A DNA stretch of 64,000 nt from Octopus vulgaris (Eukaryota). The translations under genes and the position numbers were made by a program. How positions within the stretch are numbered: the first letter of the stretch is position 1; each line of letters begins with the position of its first letter. The stretch is from positions 88,970,001 to 89,034,000 of the forward strand of contig OX597818.1 of the NCBI GenBank assembly GCA_951406725.2, written 5' to 3'. A model generated the notes under the pieces. The model worked only from the letters and a program-made list of their open reading frames with translations, ran no database searches and was not told the DNA's origin. Below are positions 1-13,380 of this stretch, piece by piece.

Positions 1-108
1 CACTCAAGAGTCACACCTGCGCCTATAGCTTTCTTTAATTATAGTGACTGTATCAAATAATTTTTTCAAAAGCTTTTAATCATATATGTGTGTGCGTGTG
101 TGTATATG

Positions 109-142
<34 letters not shown>

Positions 143-573
143 ATCAATCCAAGGAAAACTTAATCATTTCCTTCTAAGGGATGTAAAACATTTAATATTT
201 ACTGGTTCTTCAGTCAGATACCACAATATAGTAGTCAAAAGATCGGAAATTAAAATGGTATAATTTTAACATATAAATATTAAATGAAATAGAGAAATAC
301 AATTGAAATATAAAAAATGTATTTACATTATAATATAATATATCATAACGTAAATAAATGTGAATTTTTATAAATTCACTAGTGGATATGAGCCGTAGCA
401 AATTGTAGGATATATGTTTGTATTACCTATTTGTTATATTATTATATTATATTATATTATATTATATCATATATTCTATTACATCTTTTTATCGTATAAT
501 TATATTGTATTATGATGTAAATAATTTTTTAATATGTCAGTTGTATTACTCTATTTACCTACATAGAATATAA

Positions 574-1650
574 CTGGAAGAGGTATCTAGATAGCTGGTT
601 CATTTTTGGCATGATAGTATAGAGAGGCTTAAAGAATTTCAAGCACTTCTAAATGGACTTGACATAAACATTCAGTTTACGATGGAATATAGCCATTAAT
701 AACTTCCATTCCTCGACATCCTCATAAAGAAATCCAACAGCCAAATAGAAACAGTCATCTACTATAAGCCCACGGACTCCAAGCAATATCTACCGTTCGA
801 CTCGTGCCACCCCAGACACACTAGAATTAATATCCCTTTCAATCCGGCAAAAAGGATTTGTACTATAGTATCTGATGCAAGTACCAGGGACACACGGCTG
901 CATGAGCTAAAGGATACACTCATCATCAGTAACTACCCAACATCACTAATTGATATAGGTTCTCAATGTACCCTACAACATTCACGTGCCCTACAACATC
1001 CACGAACTCAGACTTCTCAAACTAAAGAAGGATTTACAACCAAAAGCCCTAATATGCATATCCACACACAATACCATATACAATGAAGCCTTCGACACCA
1101 TGCTCCAGAACATTCCTTTACTAAAAAGGGACCACCGAATGAATCATCCTCCAAGCGCACACCATCATAAAGAGCAAAAGACAACCCAAGTCAATGAAAA
1201 GTCTTCTAATACAAGCACACGTACACTCGTCAACGACATTGAAACCGTTAGTAAAAAATGCAGAAGACCCAACTGTGGTATATGCGTGAATCTAATTGAG
1301 GAATCGGAGTTCTCCTTCAAATAGGGTCAACGTTTTACAGTGAAAAACAACTTCAAATATGCGTCGGAAAACCTAATATATGTGTTAACTTTCGCAGGGC
1401 ACCGAGAGCATTACATAGGTCAAACCAAAAACAGTCTATGCTCGGGGATGACGCTACATAGGTCCTAGTTTAAAATTCAGGAATACAGAAAAACAGCATT
1501 AAGCGAACACATCGACATTTGCGCCACTAATAAACTATCCAACTTCAGAATGTTTCCCCTCTATAAATTCAGAGACAATGCAAACTATAATCAGCGCATT
1601 AGCAAAGAATCACATTTTATTGCAGAATATAAGGACTTTATGAATGCTTC
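574..1650 (+). mobile_element. Degenerate Penelope-like retroelement: C-terminal RT plus GIY-YIG endonuclease
   Basis: Manual translation across stops and frameshifts: WKRYLD..FIF, IQFTMEYSH*.LPFLDILI, IYYKPTDSKQYLPFDSCHPRHTRINIPF (PLE RT motifs), then KKCRRPNCGICVNL (end of ORF 986-1324) and SENLIYVLTFAGHREHYIGQTK (GIY-YIG). Confidence 0.9.
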
Positions 1651-2264
1651 CACCACAGATGACACTACTGCAAGGATCTTAGAATAATACCCACACAAAT
1701 ATTAAAAACCATATATTCAGAACAGCCTCTACTAATTCATTTAGAACAATTCCAATCGCTACTGCTAAAACCACTTCATGTCACTTTTAGGTCACTTGAC
1801 TATTAAAGAAGATTCCACAAACAGTATACTACTGTCATACTACTTCCGTATTTTTCTTTTCTTTCTTCTCTCTCTTCTTTTCCTACTCTTTCTTTTTCTT
1901 CCTCTTCTTTTTCACCGTCTCCTTCCTCAACTGTTGCTGCTTAAACAATCAAAATCTAGAACCAACATTTCTCTGCGCCCATTTCAACTATTTCTTCAGA
2001 TCTACCGAGCTTTCCTACCGAGCTTTCACAAAAGTAAGAGAGAGAGAGACAGACAGACAGACAGAGAGACAGACAGAAAAAGGAAAATGTCCTACATATT
2101 TGAAGACTATGGAAATGTTTTAAAACAACATTTCGTTTAATTTTTCTTCAATATAATTGTTTTTCTTGTTTTACTCTAAGTTGATAAAGTCGAAAAGACT
2201 GAAACAGGTACTAAAATGATAAGATTATTTTGGCATTTTCTAATTTGTCTTATTGTCTTATTTC

Positions 2265-2311
<47 letters not shown>

Positions 2312-2334
2312 GCACGCACAGTCACACACAATAT

Positions 2335-2386
<52 letters not shown>

Positions 2387-2387
2387 T

Positions 2388-2563
2388 GCCTCTACCTCTC
2401 CAACACATCCTCATAGGCACCAATCATCGTCCATATCACATCACCGACTCCTTTACATGCACTTCTAGTAATGTCATTTACTGCATCTGCTTTTTCTGCC
2501 CTTCCCTGCACATTGGTCAAACGGGTTGCCACTTGGCTAACCGGTTCGCGGAGCACCTCCGAG
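2388..2563 (+). mobile_element. GIY-YIG endonuclease fragment of a second Penelope-like family
   Basis: ORF 2230-2589 contains YHITDSFTCTSSNVIYCICFFCPSLHIGQTGCHLANRFAEHLR, matching the PLE GIY-YIG pattern C.S.NVIYCI.C..C..YIGET...L..RF.EH; flanked by (TA)n. Confidence 0.85.
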
Positions 2564-2855
2564 TCATATATATTTACGTATATTTATGAAACAAGTTAAA
2601 ATAATGATCATTACACATACTTCCTTTATTACAACAAATTTGGCTTACAGCTGTTTCCAGTAGTCATTATATCACTCTGTGAAAAACAATTTAGCTGAAG
2701 CCCATCCAAGGATTTACACAACTTGGGACCCTACTAAAAGGTTACTGGAGTTCTTCTGTAATCTAAGTCATATTGTTAGCCTGATGTGCCAACAGAGACC
2801 TTATGACGTATTTTGTCCGGATTGATAATTCCCCACTATTTGTTATATGTATATA

Positions 2856-4535
2856 TATTGAGTCATCTCATAAATAATGCGGGTTTTTTTCAATTTGTTT
2901 CGGAGGTCAACGGAATATACTACCTGCATCAACTTGCTATAAAAGCAGGTAGTAATTTTACCTTGTCGTTATCCCTAGTGCAAATTCGATTTCAACAGTT
3001 ATGTTTTCAAAGCTATAATGGAAGTGAATAAAGCATATTCGGTATATTTTGCTTTATTAGTTCAGTAAAGTCAACAACGCAACGGAATGCAGTATAATGG
3101 GGTCAGACAAAAAACGTAAGCCAGTGTCAATGGTGGTTCCAGTAATTCCATGCCTGAAACTACGTCCAAGAAGACGATCCTCAACCTGGAAGATCTGGAG
3201 AGCTCGACAAGGATATCCTGCAAACTTTGGTGGAACTAAATCCCATCGTAACTGTTGAGGAACTAGCAGAGAAACTTAGATTTGGTCATTAAACCATTCG
3301 TTGATACCTGCGTGCCATCGGAAACGTCAGCAAATTGGGTTAATGGGTTCCTCACAAACTTTCCGAGTCTAATCGCGCGCAGAGAGTGAATGTGTGTTCT
3401 TCGCTGTCACGTCTCATGAATGAACCATTTTTGGACTGAATAGTGACTGGTGATGAGAAATGGGTTCTCTATAAAAATGTCAGGTGAGGAGAAACACCGG
3501 TTGGTAAGGAAAGAAGAAGCATTGGTTCCCCAGGCTAAAGAAGGTCTTCACTCACGTAAGTTGTTGTTATCTGTTTGATGGGATATGAAATTTTAGTCCA
3601 CTTTGAACTTTTAAACCCAAAGCAAACGATAACATAGATCTACTGCGAACAGCTTGAGCGGCTTAAGTCAGCGCCAGAAGAAAAACGGTCATCTTTGGTT
3701 TCAAGACAAAAGGTGTTCTATCAGTATGATGCTCGACCACATACAGCGAGAATGACATTCCAAAGGTCAGAGCAGCTGAATAAGAAACGATGACCCACCC
3801 ACCATATTCGCCGGACATAATCCCATCTGATTATCAATTATTCCGCAGTCTGTAAAATCATTTGCACGGGAAAAAATGAATTGTGTAGACATAGGCGCAG
3901 GAGTGGCTGTGTGGTAAGTAGCTTGCTTACCAACCACATGGTTCCGGGTTCAGACCCACTGCGTGGCACTTAGGGCAAGTGTCTTCTACTACAGCCTCGG
4001 GCCGACCAAAGCCTTGTGAGTGGATTTGTTAGACGGAAACTGAAAGAAGTCCGTCGTATATATATATATATACTATAATATTATATATATATATATATAT
4101 ATATGTATAATATGTGCGTCTGTGTTTGTCCCCCTCCCCCAACATCACTTGACATGCGATGTTGGTGTGTTTACGTCCCCGTAACTTAGCGGTTCGGCAA
4201 AAAGAGACCGATAGAATAAGTACTAGGCTTGCAAAGAATAAGTCCTGGGATCGATTTGCTCGATTAAAAGGTGGTACTCCAGTATGGCCGCAGTCAAATG
4301 ACTGAAAGAAGTAAAAGAATAAAAGAATAAAATAAAGGGTCAGAACAGTACTGGAGGAATGATTTTCGTCGCGGACAAGTGAATTTTGAAAAAGTCTACC
4401 AGATAGATGGAAGAGCATTGTAGAAAATGAAGGAGAGTATATTTCAGATTAGATTGAAAAAAGAACTTTGTTTATCTTAGTTTAGAAAACTAAAGAAGTA
4501 TTTTAAAACCGCATTATTTATGGGGTGAACCAATA
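2856..4535 (+). mobile_element. Near full-length decayed mariner transposon, split by a SINE
   Basis: TIRs tattgagtcatctcataaataatgcggg (2856) and ccgcattatttatggggtgaaccaata (ends 4535) in TA context. Transposase motifs WVPHKLSESN, IVTGDEKWVLYKN, HPPYSPDIIPSDYQLFRSL, and LPDRWKSIVENEGEYI after the SINE; many stops. Confidence 0.93.
3893..4335 (+). mobile_element. tRNA-derived SINE family A, full copy nested in the mariner
   Basis: Head ggcgcaggagtggctgtgtggtaag (A box) ... ggttcagaccc (B box), central (TA)n, 3' tail ...ccagtatggccgcagtcaaatgactgaaag with (taaaaga)n; many copies in this window. Confidence 0.92.
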
Positions 4536-6130
4536 TATATATATATTTGCAAAATAGATATGTACCCGTCTTAAAAGTATTGAGTAATCTTTCAGTTAAC
4601 ATAAAACTGTTTTTATATATAAGTTGACGTAAGAAAAACGTACATTAGCAAACGTAATTACACACAGACACATACACATATATATGTGTGTTTGAATGAA
4701 TGAATTCATCAGAATATAATCGGCAGTATATAAGAGAGATAAAGAGAAAAGGTGGTGGAACATATGTGAAAGAAATAAAAGATACAGAGAAATTCTTCTT
4801 TTAATTTGAACATGATATCAGTGTATTGTGATGTGTGAAAACTAAAATTCTTTAAAAGGGTTTGTATAAGATTCAGGTGTGATGGGTTTGGAAAATACCT
4901 CGCTGTTAGTGCGGAGTATTCAAGAAGGACTCGAGTGGAAAATTTTAATGGAAGTGGTTGAAAGAAGTGTGTATAGTTGAAGGAGAATACTTTAAAACTA
5001 TCTTGGAAGCCGAGTAGTAATTGATAAAGTCAATATACGCGCACACACATACACACTCTCTCTCTCGCTTTCTTTCACACGCAAACACACATACACACAC
5101 ATTCATATGCACACATTCACATGCACACCAGCGTGTGCACACAATCATACACACAGACACAAACCAGGGTGCGCACACACGCACACGCATTCACATACAC
5201 ACACATTCTCTCTCTTTCTCTCTTTCCTTCTCTCTCACATTCATTCGTATTCACGTTTAAATATTAATATAAATATAGTATTTGTAAACTAAGAAACTGA
5301 CAGAGAGACTGACGGACAGACAAGCATACAGACAAACAGACATGTAGGCAACCAGACAGACAGACTGGCAGACCTAAAGCAAAGAGTACGGAACAAGTGT
5401 TGAAATCAAAAAGAGGGTAACATTGATGAAAAATGTTATCAGAGTAAAATGGGCAAACCATGAAGGTAAGAAGGGCATGCTATTGGAGAGAGAATAGGGG
5501 AGAAATTAGTACAACTGTTTGGAAAAAAATAAAGAGTTGAAGTATCACCACTGCAGTTTAAATACGACGAGCTGCCGCCTGTTGTAATTTTTGATAATAT
5601 TGTAAAGTATTCGTTGAGTTAAAAAAGATAAAAGACTTTAAAGTAAAACTATTTCAAAAACAGTAAAATGGACCTGCTTGCTTGGGGGGGGGGCGAGTAA
5701 GCCATTTCATCTTCATTTTGATCATTCGTAATTCATCCGACACGTATTTATATGTACCCCCAATGTATTGTTTTGTCTGTCCTTGTGGTGTCCCCTCTTT
5801 ATAAAGCCATGTGCCTAAATAAAAGAAATCGAGCTCGTGTAAGGACTTTGACAACCTCAGCTGATTGATTAAATGATTGATTGATTCATTCATTGATCGA
5901 TTGATTCATTCATTGATCGATTGATTCATTGACCGAGCGACTGACCAAACAAGCGATTAGCCAATGGATTAAGTATTAACTAATTGACTATATATAATAA
6001 TATTATTGGCATAATTACCTTATTGACGTAACGGGAAAAAAACATTAAGTAGTGTATAACTGCAAGGCAAATATATCGGAATTGCAATTAGATAATGTAG
6101 ATCGATAAATAAATTAGTAAATATATAAAT

Positions 6131-6712
6131 AAACAAGAGCACTCAGAGAGAGCAAACCTCCGCCAAGACAACACCAACGTCCCCACAATACTTAGCCAGA
6201 GATGGATTTTAAAATGAGAATATCTGAAATAAACTCGACTGTTCTCACAAACGAGAATACTAAAAATGAACTCGAAAGCTCTCAAAATTTAAGTTAAAAA
6301 AGAAAACAGAAAAATAATCCAGAATCCTTTCCCGGTACCTGATCGATCCCAATGGTAGTCATGGAATGTGAGGATGACTGTAGAAAATTTAGAAACAGTA
6401 ATAAATAGGTTATCCTTATCTAATACCAGCCAAGGTTTGCAAATTCGCCATTCAAAATAGTTACAGCCTAAAGGGAGATAATTGAGAAAGGCTTGAAAGT
6501 TAACGTAAGATCATAATCATGTAAAGTAAGGCAAATATAACAAATAATTCAGAATCCTTGTCCGGTAACAGATCGATCCCCAAATCTAATCAGTGTGTGC
6601 CAGTCACAAGGCCAATCCATCCAGCAGTTCTCCAGATATCTTGTCCAGGAACAAACAAACAAACAAATACGACTGAAAACCAATACCTCTGCCTTCGCTA
6701 AAGCGGAACTAA
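6131..6712. mobile_element. Non-autonomous Helentron/DINE-like element
   Basis: Starts aaacaagagcactcagagagagcaaacctccgccaag, has an internal duplicated cagaatcctt..ccggta...gatcgatccc segment and a (caaa)n microsatellite, and ends in the degenerate hairpin tacctctgccttcgctaaagcggaactaa that repeats the subterminal acctccgcc motif. Family assignment is from architecture only. Confidence 0.6.
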
Positions 6713-6719
6713 CAAGTCT

Positions 6720-7130
6720 TTTCTCTTTCTCTTTTGTTTCAGTCATTTGACTGCGGCCATGCTGGAGCACCGCCTTTAGTCGAGCAAATCGACCCCAGGA
6801 TTTATTCTTTCTAAACCTAGTACTTATTCTATCGGTCTCTTTTGACGAACCGCTAAGTTACGGGGACGTAAACACACCAGCATCGGTTGGCATGCAATGT
6901 TGCGGGGACAAACACAGGCACACAAACATATACACACACAAGCACATATATATATATACATATATACGACGGGCTTCTTTCAGTTTCCGTCTCCCAAATC
7001 CACTCACAAGGCTTTGGTCGGCCCGAGGCTATAGAAGAAGACGCTTGCCCAAGGTTCCACACAGTGAGAATGAAATTGGAGTAATATGGTTGGTAAGCAA
7101 GCTACTTACCACACAGTCGCTCCTGCGCCT
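6720..7130 (-). mobile_element. SINE family A
   Basis: Reverse-complement match to 3893-4335 from tail to head (…accacacagtcgctcctgcgcct). Confidence 0.92.
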
Positions 7131-7416
7131 ATTACGTATAAATATAAAAAATTTAGCATTTGTAAGCCAGATTAGAAGGTAACATATGTCATGTTACCAT
7201 AACTACTTAACTACTCTATGTAGTTAAGAAGCTCGCTTTGCAAGCATGTGCCTTTGTGTTCAGTCCCTGTGCATGGCATCTTGGGCAAATATCTTCCACC
7301 ATAGCATCGGCCTGACCAATGCTTTTTGAGGGGATTTGACACATATATATGTGTGTATGTGTGTGTGCGTGTGCGCGCGTGTGCGCGCGTGTGCGTATGT
7401 GTGTGTGTGTGTGTGT

Positions 7417-7712
7417 GAAGGCACAAGGCCTAGTGCTTAGAGCAGCGGAGTCTCGGTTGAGCGATCGCGGGTTCAAATCTCAGACCGGGAGGTATGTGTG
7501 TTTATGAGCGAAACACCCAAGCTCCACGCGGCTCCGGCAGAAGGTAATGACGTATTTCTGCTGATTCTTTCGCCACAACTTTCTCTCAGTCTTTCCCCCC
7601 TGCATCTAGCAACTCACCTGCGACGGACCGGCGTCCCGTCCAGGTGGAGAATTGATATGCCAATTGAATCGAGAAACCGGCCCTCATGGGCTTGAGAAGG
7701 AGCAAACATCAA
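7417..7712 (+). mobile_element. tRNA-derived SINE family C with V-domain-like core
   Basis: A box ggcctagtgcttagagc, B box ggttcaaatct, core cctgcgacggaccggcgtcccgtccagg resembling the V-SINE central domain; second copy at 63573-63870. Confidence 0.8.
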
Positions 7713-7717
7713 CACAC

Positions 7718-7789
<72 letters not shown>

Positions 7790-8164
7790 GTACACACACA
7801 CGCTTGCAACCGTGTTTCTTGTGAATCCAAAGTTTAGGCTAAATTAATCCTTGTGAACAAATATCAATTTTATAAGCAAGCAAACGATAAATAATTGTAC
7901 TTGCGTATATATGTGATAGTCACTATAAAAATATTCTTCTTCGCCTCTACCTTCAGCTGACCACATGACCATTTGACTTTAGTGTATTAACATTAATCAC
8001 CTTTCTCTGCTTTTTCCTCTCTTCGTTCTCCAAACCTCCCCTCTCACTCACTCTCTCTCTTTCTCTCACTCATACCGTACCTCTCACTCACTCCATCTTC
8101 TCCTCGCTAACTTACTAACTAGCGTATAACGGGCGAACGAACAAGCAGATGCAGATCATATCGT

Positions 8165-9306
8165 TCCCAAAAGGATAAAAGGCAAAGTCGACCCCGGCAA
8201 CATCTGAACTCAGAAGGTAAAGACGGTCGAAATGCCGCTAAGCATTTTGACTGGCATGCTAACGATTCTCCTAGCTCGCTGCCTCATGAAGATGTAATAC
8301 TGATTAAAAATTTTGTCATAAGGTCAGCAAGATTGGGGTGGACTGAATCGATTACATCGATTACATGCTCAACTGGTACTTATTTTATCTACACAGAAAG
8401 GATGAAAGTCAAAATTGACCTTGGTTGAATTTGAACTCAGAATCTAAAGACGGATGAAATGCCGCTAAGTATTTTGTCCGGCATGCCAACGATATTCTTT
8501 TCTACTCTAGGCACATGCCCGAAATTTTGGGGGAGGGCGCCAGTCGATTAGATCGACCCCAGTGCGCAACTGGTACTTAATTTATCAACCCCGAAAGGAT
8601 GAAAGGCAAAGTTAACCTCAGCGGAATTTGAACTCAGAACGTAAAGACAGGTGAAATACTGCTAAGCATTTCTCCCAGCGTACTAACGTTTCTTATTTCT
8701 TTATTACCCACAAGGTGCTAAACATAGAGGAGACAAACAAGGACAGACAAACGGGTTAAGTCGATTACATCGAATCCAGTGTGTAACTGGTACTTAATTT
8801 ATCGACCCCGAAAGGATGACAGGCAAAGATGACCTCAGCGGAATTTGAACTTAGAACGTAGCGGCAGACGAAATATCTATTTCTTTACTACCCACAAGGG
8901 GCTAAATACAGAGAGGTCAAACAAGGACAGACAAACGGATTAAGTCGATTATATCGACCCCAGTGCGTAACTGGTAATTATTTAATCGACCCCGAAAGGA
9001 TGAAAGGCAAAGTCGACCTCAGCGAAATTTGAACTCAGAACGTAGCAGCAGACGAAATACTGCTAAGCACTTCGCCCGGCATGCTAACGTTTCTTATTTC
9101 TTTATTGCCCACAAGGGGCTAAACATAGAGGGGACAAACAAGGACAGACAAAAGGATTAAGTCGATTACATCGACCACAGTGCGTAACTGGTACTTAATT
9201 TATCGACCCCGAGAGGATGAAAGGCAAAGTCGACCTCGGCGGAATTTGAACTCAGAACGTAGCAGCAGACGAAATACTGCTAAGCATTTCGCCAGCTCGC
9301 CGCCTT
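8165..9306 (-). mobile_element. Cluster/multimer of about six SINE family B units
   Basis: Repeated blocks ...aactggtacttaatttatcgaccccgaaaggatgaaaggcaaagtcgacctcggcggaatttgaactcagaacg; head end (gccagctcgccgcctt) at ~9290-9306; two different 3' tails are used. Confidence 0.9.
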
Positions 9307-10369
9307 ATCAAAAGGTAATATTGGTTTCAGATTTTGGCACCAGACCAGTTATGAAGAAGTAATATTAAAAGAAAATGTTTTCTATGTAAATAAACATTTT
9401 TCGAAGTCGAATTGGGTATAACAATATTTTAAAGAATTCAATATGTATGCTTTAAAATATATATTGTATAATAGATGCATATGTATAACTTCAGATTGTT
9501 ACTGATGTATATATAATATAAATATTGGAAATGCGACTTCATGTTTTAAAGTGTTGCGTGCGAAGATTATGTTAGTGAAATAATTGGCGGAATTAAAATA
9601 TTACGGAAATTTATATGGAAGAACTGGTGAAGTATTATGAAAGAAGGTTTAGTAAGAGAAGAAGAATACTGAGGTCATATAAAAATTAAGACAAAAATGG
9701 AATAATAGCTGAAGACGAAGAAACATATTAAAATTATGAGTAATAGCTTAGAAGGTTAAATATGCAAATGGATGGACGGATTGATATTTGAAAGGAAATT
9801 AAATGAATATGAAATTTAAATATATTGAAGAATTACTATTCCGAATAAGAGAGCATAGCGGTTAACCCGTACTTAGAACTCCATGTTAATCCATGTAAAT
9901 CCCAATTCCAATAAGGTATTAAACAATTTGTCCTCTCATTTTCTTTTGTTTTTGCTATTATATACAATTGAATAATTTACGGAATGCATATTCGAGGCTG
10001 AATAAAGCAGAAGATTTAGTTTGCCTTAAGACAGAATTAATCACCTGTTTTATTTTGCTCTTGGATAAATACGAAGTATGCTTTCAAATGAAATAAAGGG
10101 GAAGAAATAATGTGAGAATATAGGGAAGGTACTTAATTTGAAAAGGCTAAAATTGTAGTCAACTATGAGAAAGAAGGAAATAGTCTTGGCAAAAATGTGA
10201 CAAGACTAAACACAAAAATATGATTGAAATCTCTAAATATGAAAGGTAAAAATTTAGAGAGTGAACGAAAGTGTTTTCAGATAATAATGCTGAAGGAAGT
10301 GGAAAACAGATTAAATATTTTGGTCAAAATTGCAGTGTTGGACAACATAAAAGTTAGTTGTATGTATAT

Positions 10370-10582
10370 TGGTTTCAAATTTTGGCACAAGCCCACGAAT
10401 TTCGTGGAGGTGCCAAGTCGATTACATCGACCCCAGGGTTCAACTGGCATTTATTTTATCGACGCCGAAAAAAATGAAACGCAAAGGAAAGGTTATAGGA
10501 GTTTGAACCTACAACGTAAAAACAGGCGAAATGCCGCTGCATTTTGCCTAAGAAAGTGGACGGTTCTGCTAGTTCTCCACCT
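10370..10582 (-). mobile_element. Degenerate SINE family B
   Basis: ggcacaagcccacgaatt...agtcgattacatcgacccc...tttgaacc matches family B with many substitutions. Confidence 0.7.
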
Positions 10583-10721
10583 TAATATGCTCGGTGTTTA
10601 TTAGAACGTATATACATCATAAATGTTATTCACATTGCTATTTTAATCTAATACTGATTATGATACTATCTATAGATTGCTCGGTAAACACGCGTAAAAA
10701 AAAAAAATATATATATATATA

Positions 10722-10922
10722 TACGAGGGTGGGGGCTGAAAAGTTCCTGGGTTTGGGTAAAAGAAAGTAGAGGAGGATGAGTTAATTGTGATTTTATTCA
10801 ACATATTTCCCTCTCGTATTCACACATTTGTTGAAACGTTTCTTCAGTTTTCCTAAACCCTGTTAAAGAACTCCGAAAGTTTCGCGACGCCCTTAAAGGC
10901 AGGAACTTTTCAGAAAACTCTC

Positions 10923-10925
<3 letters not shown>
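10722..10925. mobile_element. Mariner-type MITE (~200 bp)
   Basis: Imperfect TIRs tacgagggtgggggctgaaaagttcctg / caggaacttttcagaaaactctcata in (TA)n; related copy in the opposite orientation at 63311-63513. Confidence 0.8.
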
Positions 10926-10972
<47 letters not shown>

Positions 10973-10999
10973 TTCACCGCTAAATCCACAAGTTTTTTT

Positions 11000-11092
11000 T
11001 AATTTTCTTTTTGTTTATTCCTTTCTGTTGAAGAGCGTAGACACGAAACGTAAATGATTTTTTTCCCTTTCCCGAGCGTCAAAGTAATACAC
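11000..11092 (+). mobile_element. Decayed fragment of the hammerhead-bearing repeat seen at 42432-43142
   Basis: ctttctgttgaagagcgtagacacgaaacgtaaatga...ttcccgagcgtcaaagtaataca aligns to the minus strand of the 42432/42971 repeats; stem II is disrupted. Confidence 0.7.
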
Positions 11093-11106
11093 CTGGAGGG
11101 AGGGAG

Positions 11107-11137
<31 letters not shown>

Positions 11138-11252
11138 GAGAGAGTGGTATAATTTTGGGGTGTAAAATACGAAACAGTGTAGTATAAAGATGCACTTGCA
11201 GCAAAATGATAATTAAAAAGTTTAGGATTTCTTCTGTATTTAATGAAGAAAG

Positions 11253-11304
<52 letters not shown>

Positions 11305-11866
11305 CAGTAGCAGTAGTAGTAGTAGTAGGGAGCTAAGTTTGCTAAGACTAATTATAAACCTGTGTACAAACAAGTGAAAATATGTTTAGCTAAAAGGGGG
11401 AACGGAATGTTTGTATGCAAATAAAGAACTGTTATTAAGTCTTAGATTGAAAATCTTTATGAGTGTTATGGAGTTTTCCTCGAAATTATAAAAGTAGAGG
11501 GTACTTAACACAAATCCGATACCGTGTCCCCTAGGATTACGGATATGGAACGAAATATTTATTAGTGTAATGTTTATTTTAGCTGAGATGTTACTCGTTC
11601 TTTTGCTTAACCCTAAACATATTACTCGAAAAAATTTGCTTCACAGAATAATATTAATCCTCTTTACGAGAATACTATTAAAATTTCTTTCTCTATGCTA
11701 AATTAAACTCAATCTTCACTCTGACTGTATTTAACTACTCTAATCTGAACCTTGTAAGATTTGGGGTATGAGAAGTTTTGGCACAGCCGTTATAGCACCG
11801 CGTATTTGGCGTCGTTGATTCGACGCTTATTTGACATCAGACATCTTAATGAAAATATGAAAAAGA

Positions 11867-12259
11867 CTTACTCTTTTACTCTTTTACTTGTTTCAGTCAT
11901 TTGACTGCGGCCATGCTGGAGCACCGCCTTTAGTCGAGCAAATCGACCAGTACTTATTCTATCGGTCTCTTTTGCCGAACCGATAAGTGACGGGGACGTA
12001 AACACACCAGCATCGGTTGTCAAGTAATGCTAGGGGGACAAACACAGACACTCAAACATATACACACACACTTATAATATATATATACATATATACGACA
12101 GGCTTCTTTCAGTTTCCGTCTACCAAATCCACTCACAAGGCTTTGGTAGGCCCGGGGCTATAGCAGAAAACAATTGCCCAAGATGCCACGCAGTGGAACT
12201 GAACCCGGAACCATGTGGTTGGTAAGCAAGCTACTTACCACACAGCCACTCCTGCGCCT
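11867..12259 (-). mobile_element. SINE family A
   Basis: Full reverse-complement copy with tail (ttactctt)n and head ending cctgcgcct. Confidence 0.92.
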
Positions 12260-13079
12260 TTAGACTTGGCTAAAATAAGACAAGATAAACCGCATACATA
12301 AAGAATTGAATGAAATCTTTGAATATCTGTACCTCCTCTGTTATTTTCTCTGTTTGTGTATGTATGTTTCCACGCATTGCAGCGTATGTGCGTGTGTGTG
12401 TGTTTGTCTCTAGTACCGAGAAGTACTGTCACAAAACAAGCTGAATGTCCTGTCAGCCATGCCAAATCGCCAGTGTTCGACCTGTCACACCTTCTCGCCT
12501 TATTCCGCTAAATGAATATCAATATACTATTAATTGTAACTATACTAATCCTAATATGTGCCGACTATATATCAAATACCTTATAAGCAATATAGTCGTC
12601 CAATGCATTATGAAATTTAATAACTCTATTCCTGGGGTGTCCATTTGTCTTACGTCAAACCGATGTGAATTTTACATCTACAATCACACTCACACATCTA
12701 ATAACCCAAATCGTAGTATGAAACTATTTGTATTAAGCTAAGTATTAAAATAATATATATGTTTATAACTTAAAAGGTAATACTTTATCTGAAAATAAAT
12801 CCTATACAGTTAACAAAAGAAAATACAACGATACAGTCCTGAATACTTGGAAATTCTCTTCTTCTAAACTCCAGTTCTTAACAAACACTCAGGAAAAATT
12901 TCTTCCTAAAAGCATACAGTGCTTAAAATTTACAAGCATTTAAAACTTATTGGTTATCCTCGCCAGTAGCACATCTTAAGATACGAATTTATCTTTATCG
13001 TAGTCGAATAAATTTTCACTTTCTTGTAGACATTTAAATTTAACATGAAAAAAATCTACTTTTCTACCTTCGTGTATCT

Positions 13080-13380
13080 TTTACGTTTTGCTTGATTCAG
13101 CCATTGCACTGTGGCCATGCTGGGGCACCGTCTTGAAGGGTTTTTTAGTTGAACAAACCCTCTCCAAGGTTTATATTTTCTTTAAAGTTTACTACTTATT
13201 CTATTAGTCTGTTTTCATCACCGTTATTTAATGGGGACGTAAACAGATCAACACCGGTTTGTCAAGCGTCGGGAAGTGATGACAAGCTCAGACACAGAGA
13301 TATGCAGGCACACACACACACACACACTCGCGCGCACACACACATGCATGACAGTCTTCTTCACAGTCTCCGTCTTCCAA
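13080..13380 (-). mobile_element. Older, diverged SINE family A relative
   Basis: gtggccatgctggggcaccg...ggggacgtaaacagatcaacaccggtttgtcaagcg...cagtctccgtct; the head is missing. Confidence 0.7.

Noticed and set aside
8165-9306. Regularly repeated blocks resembling a CRISPR array
   Set aside because: Units are ~180-210-bp SINE bodies with no unique spacers, no cas genes, and a eukaryotic context.
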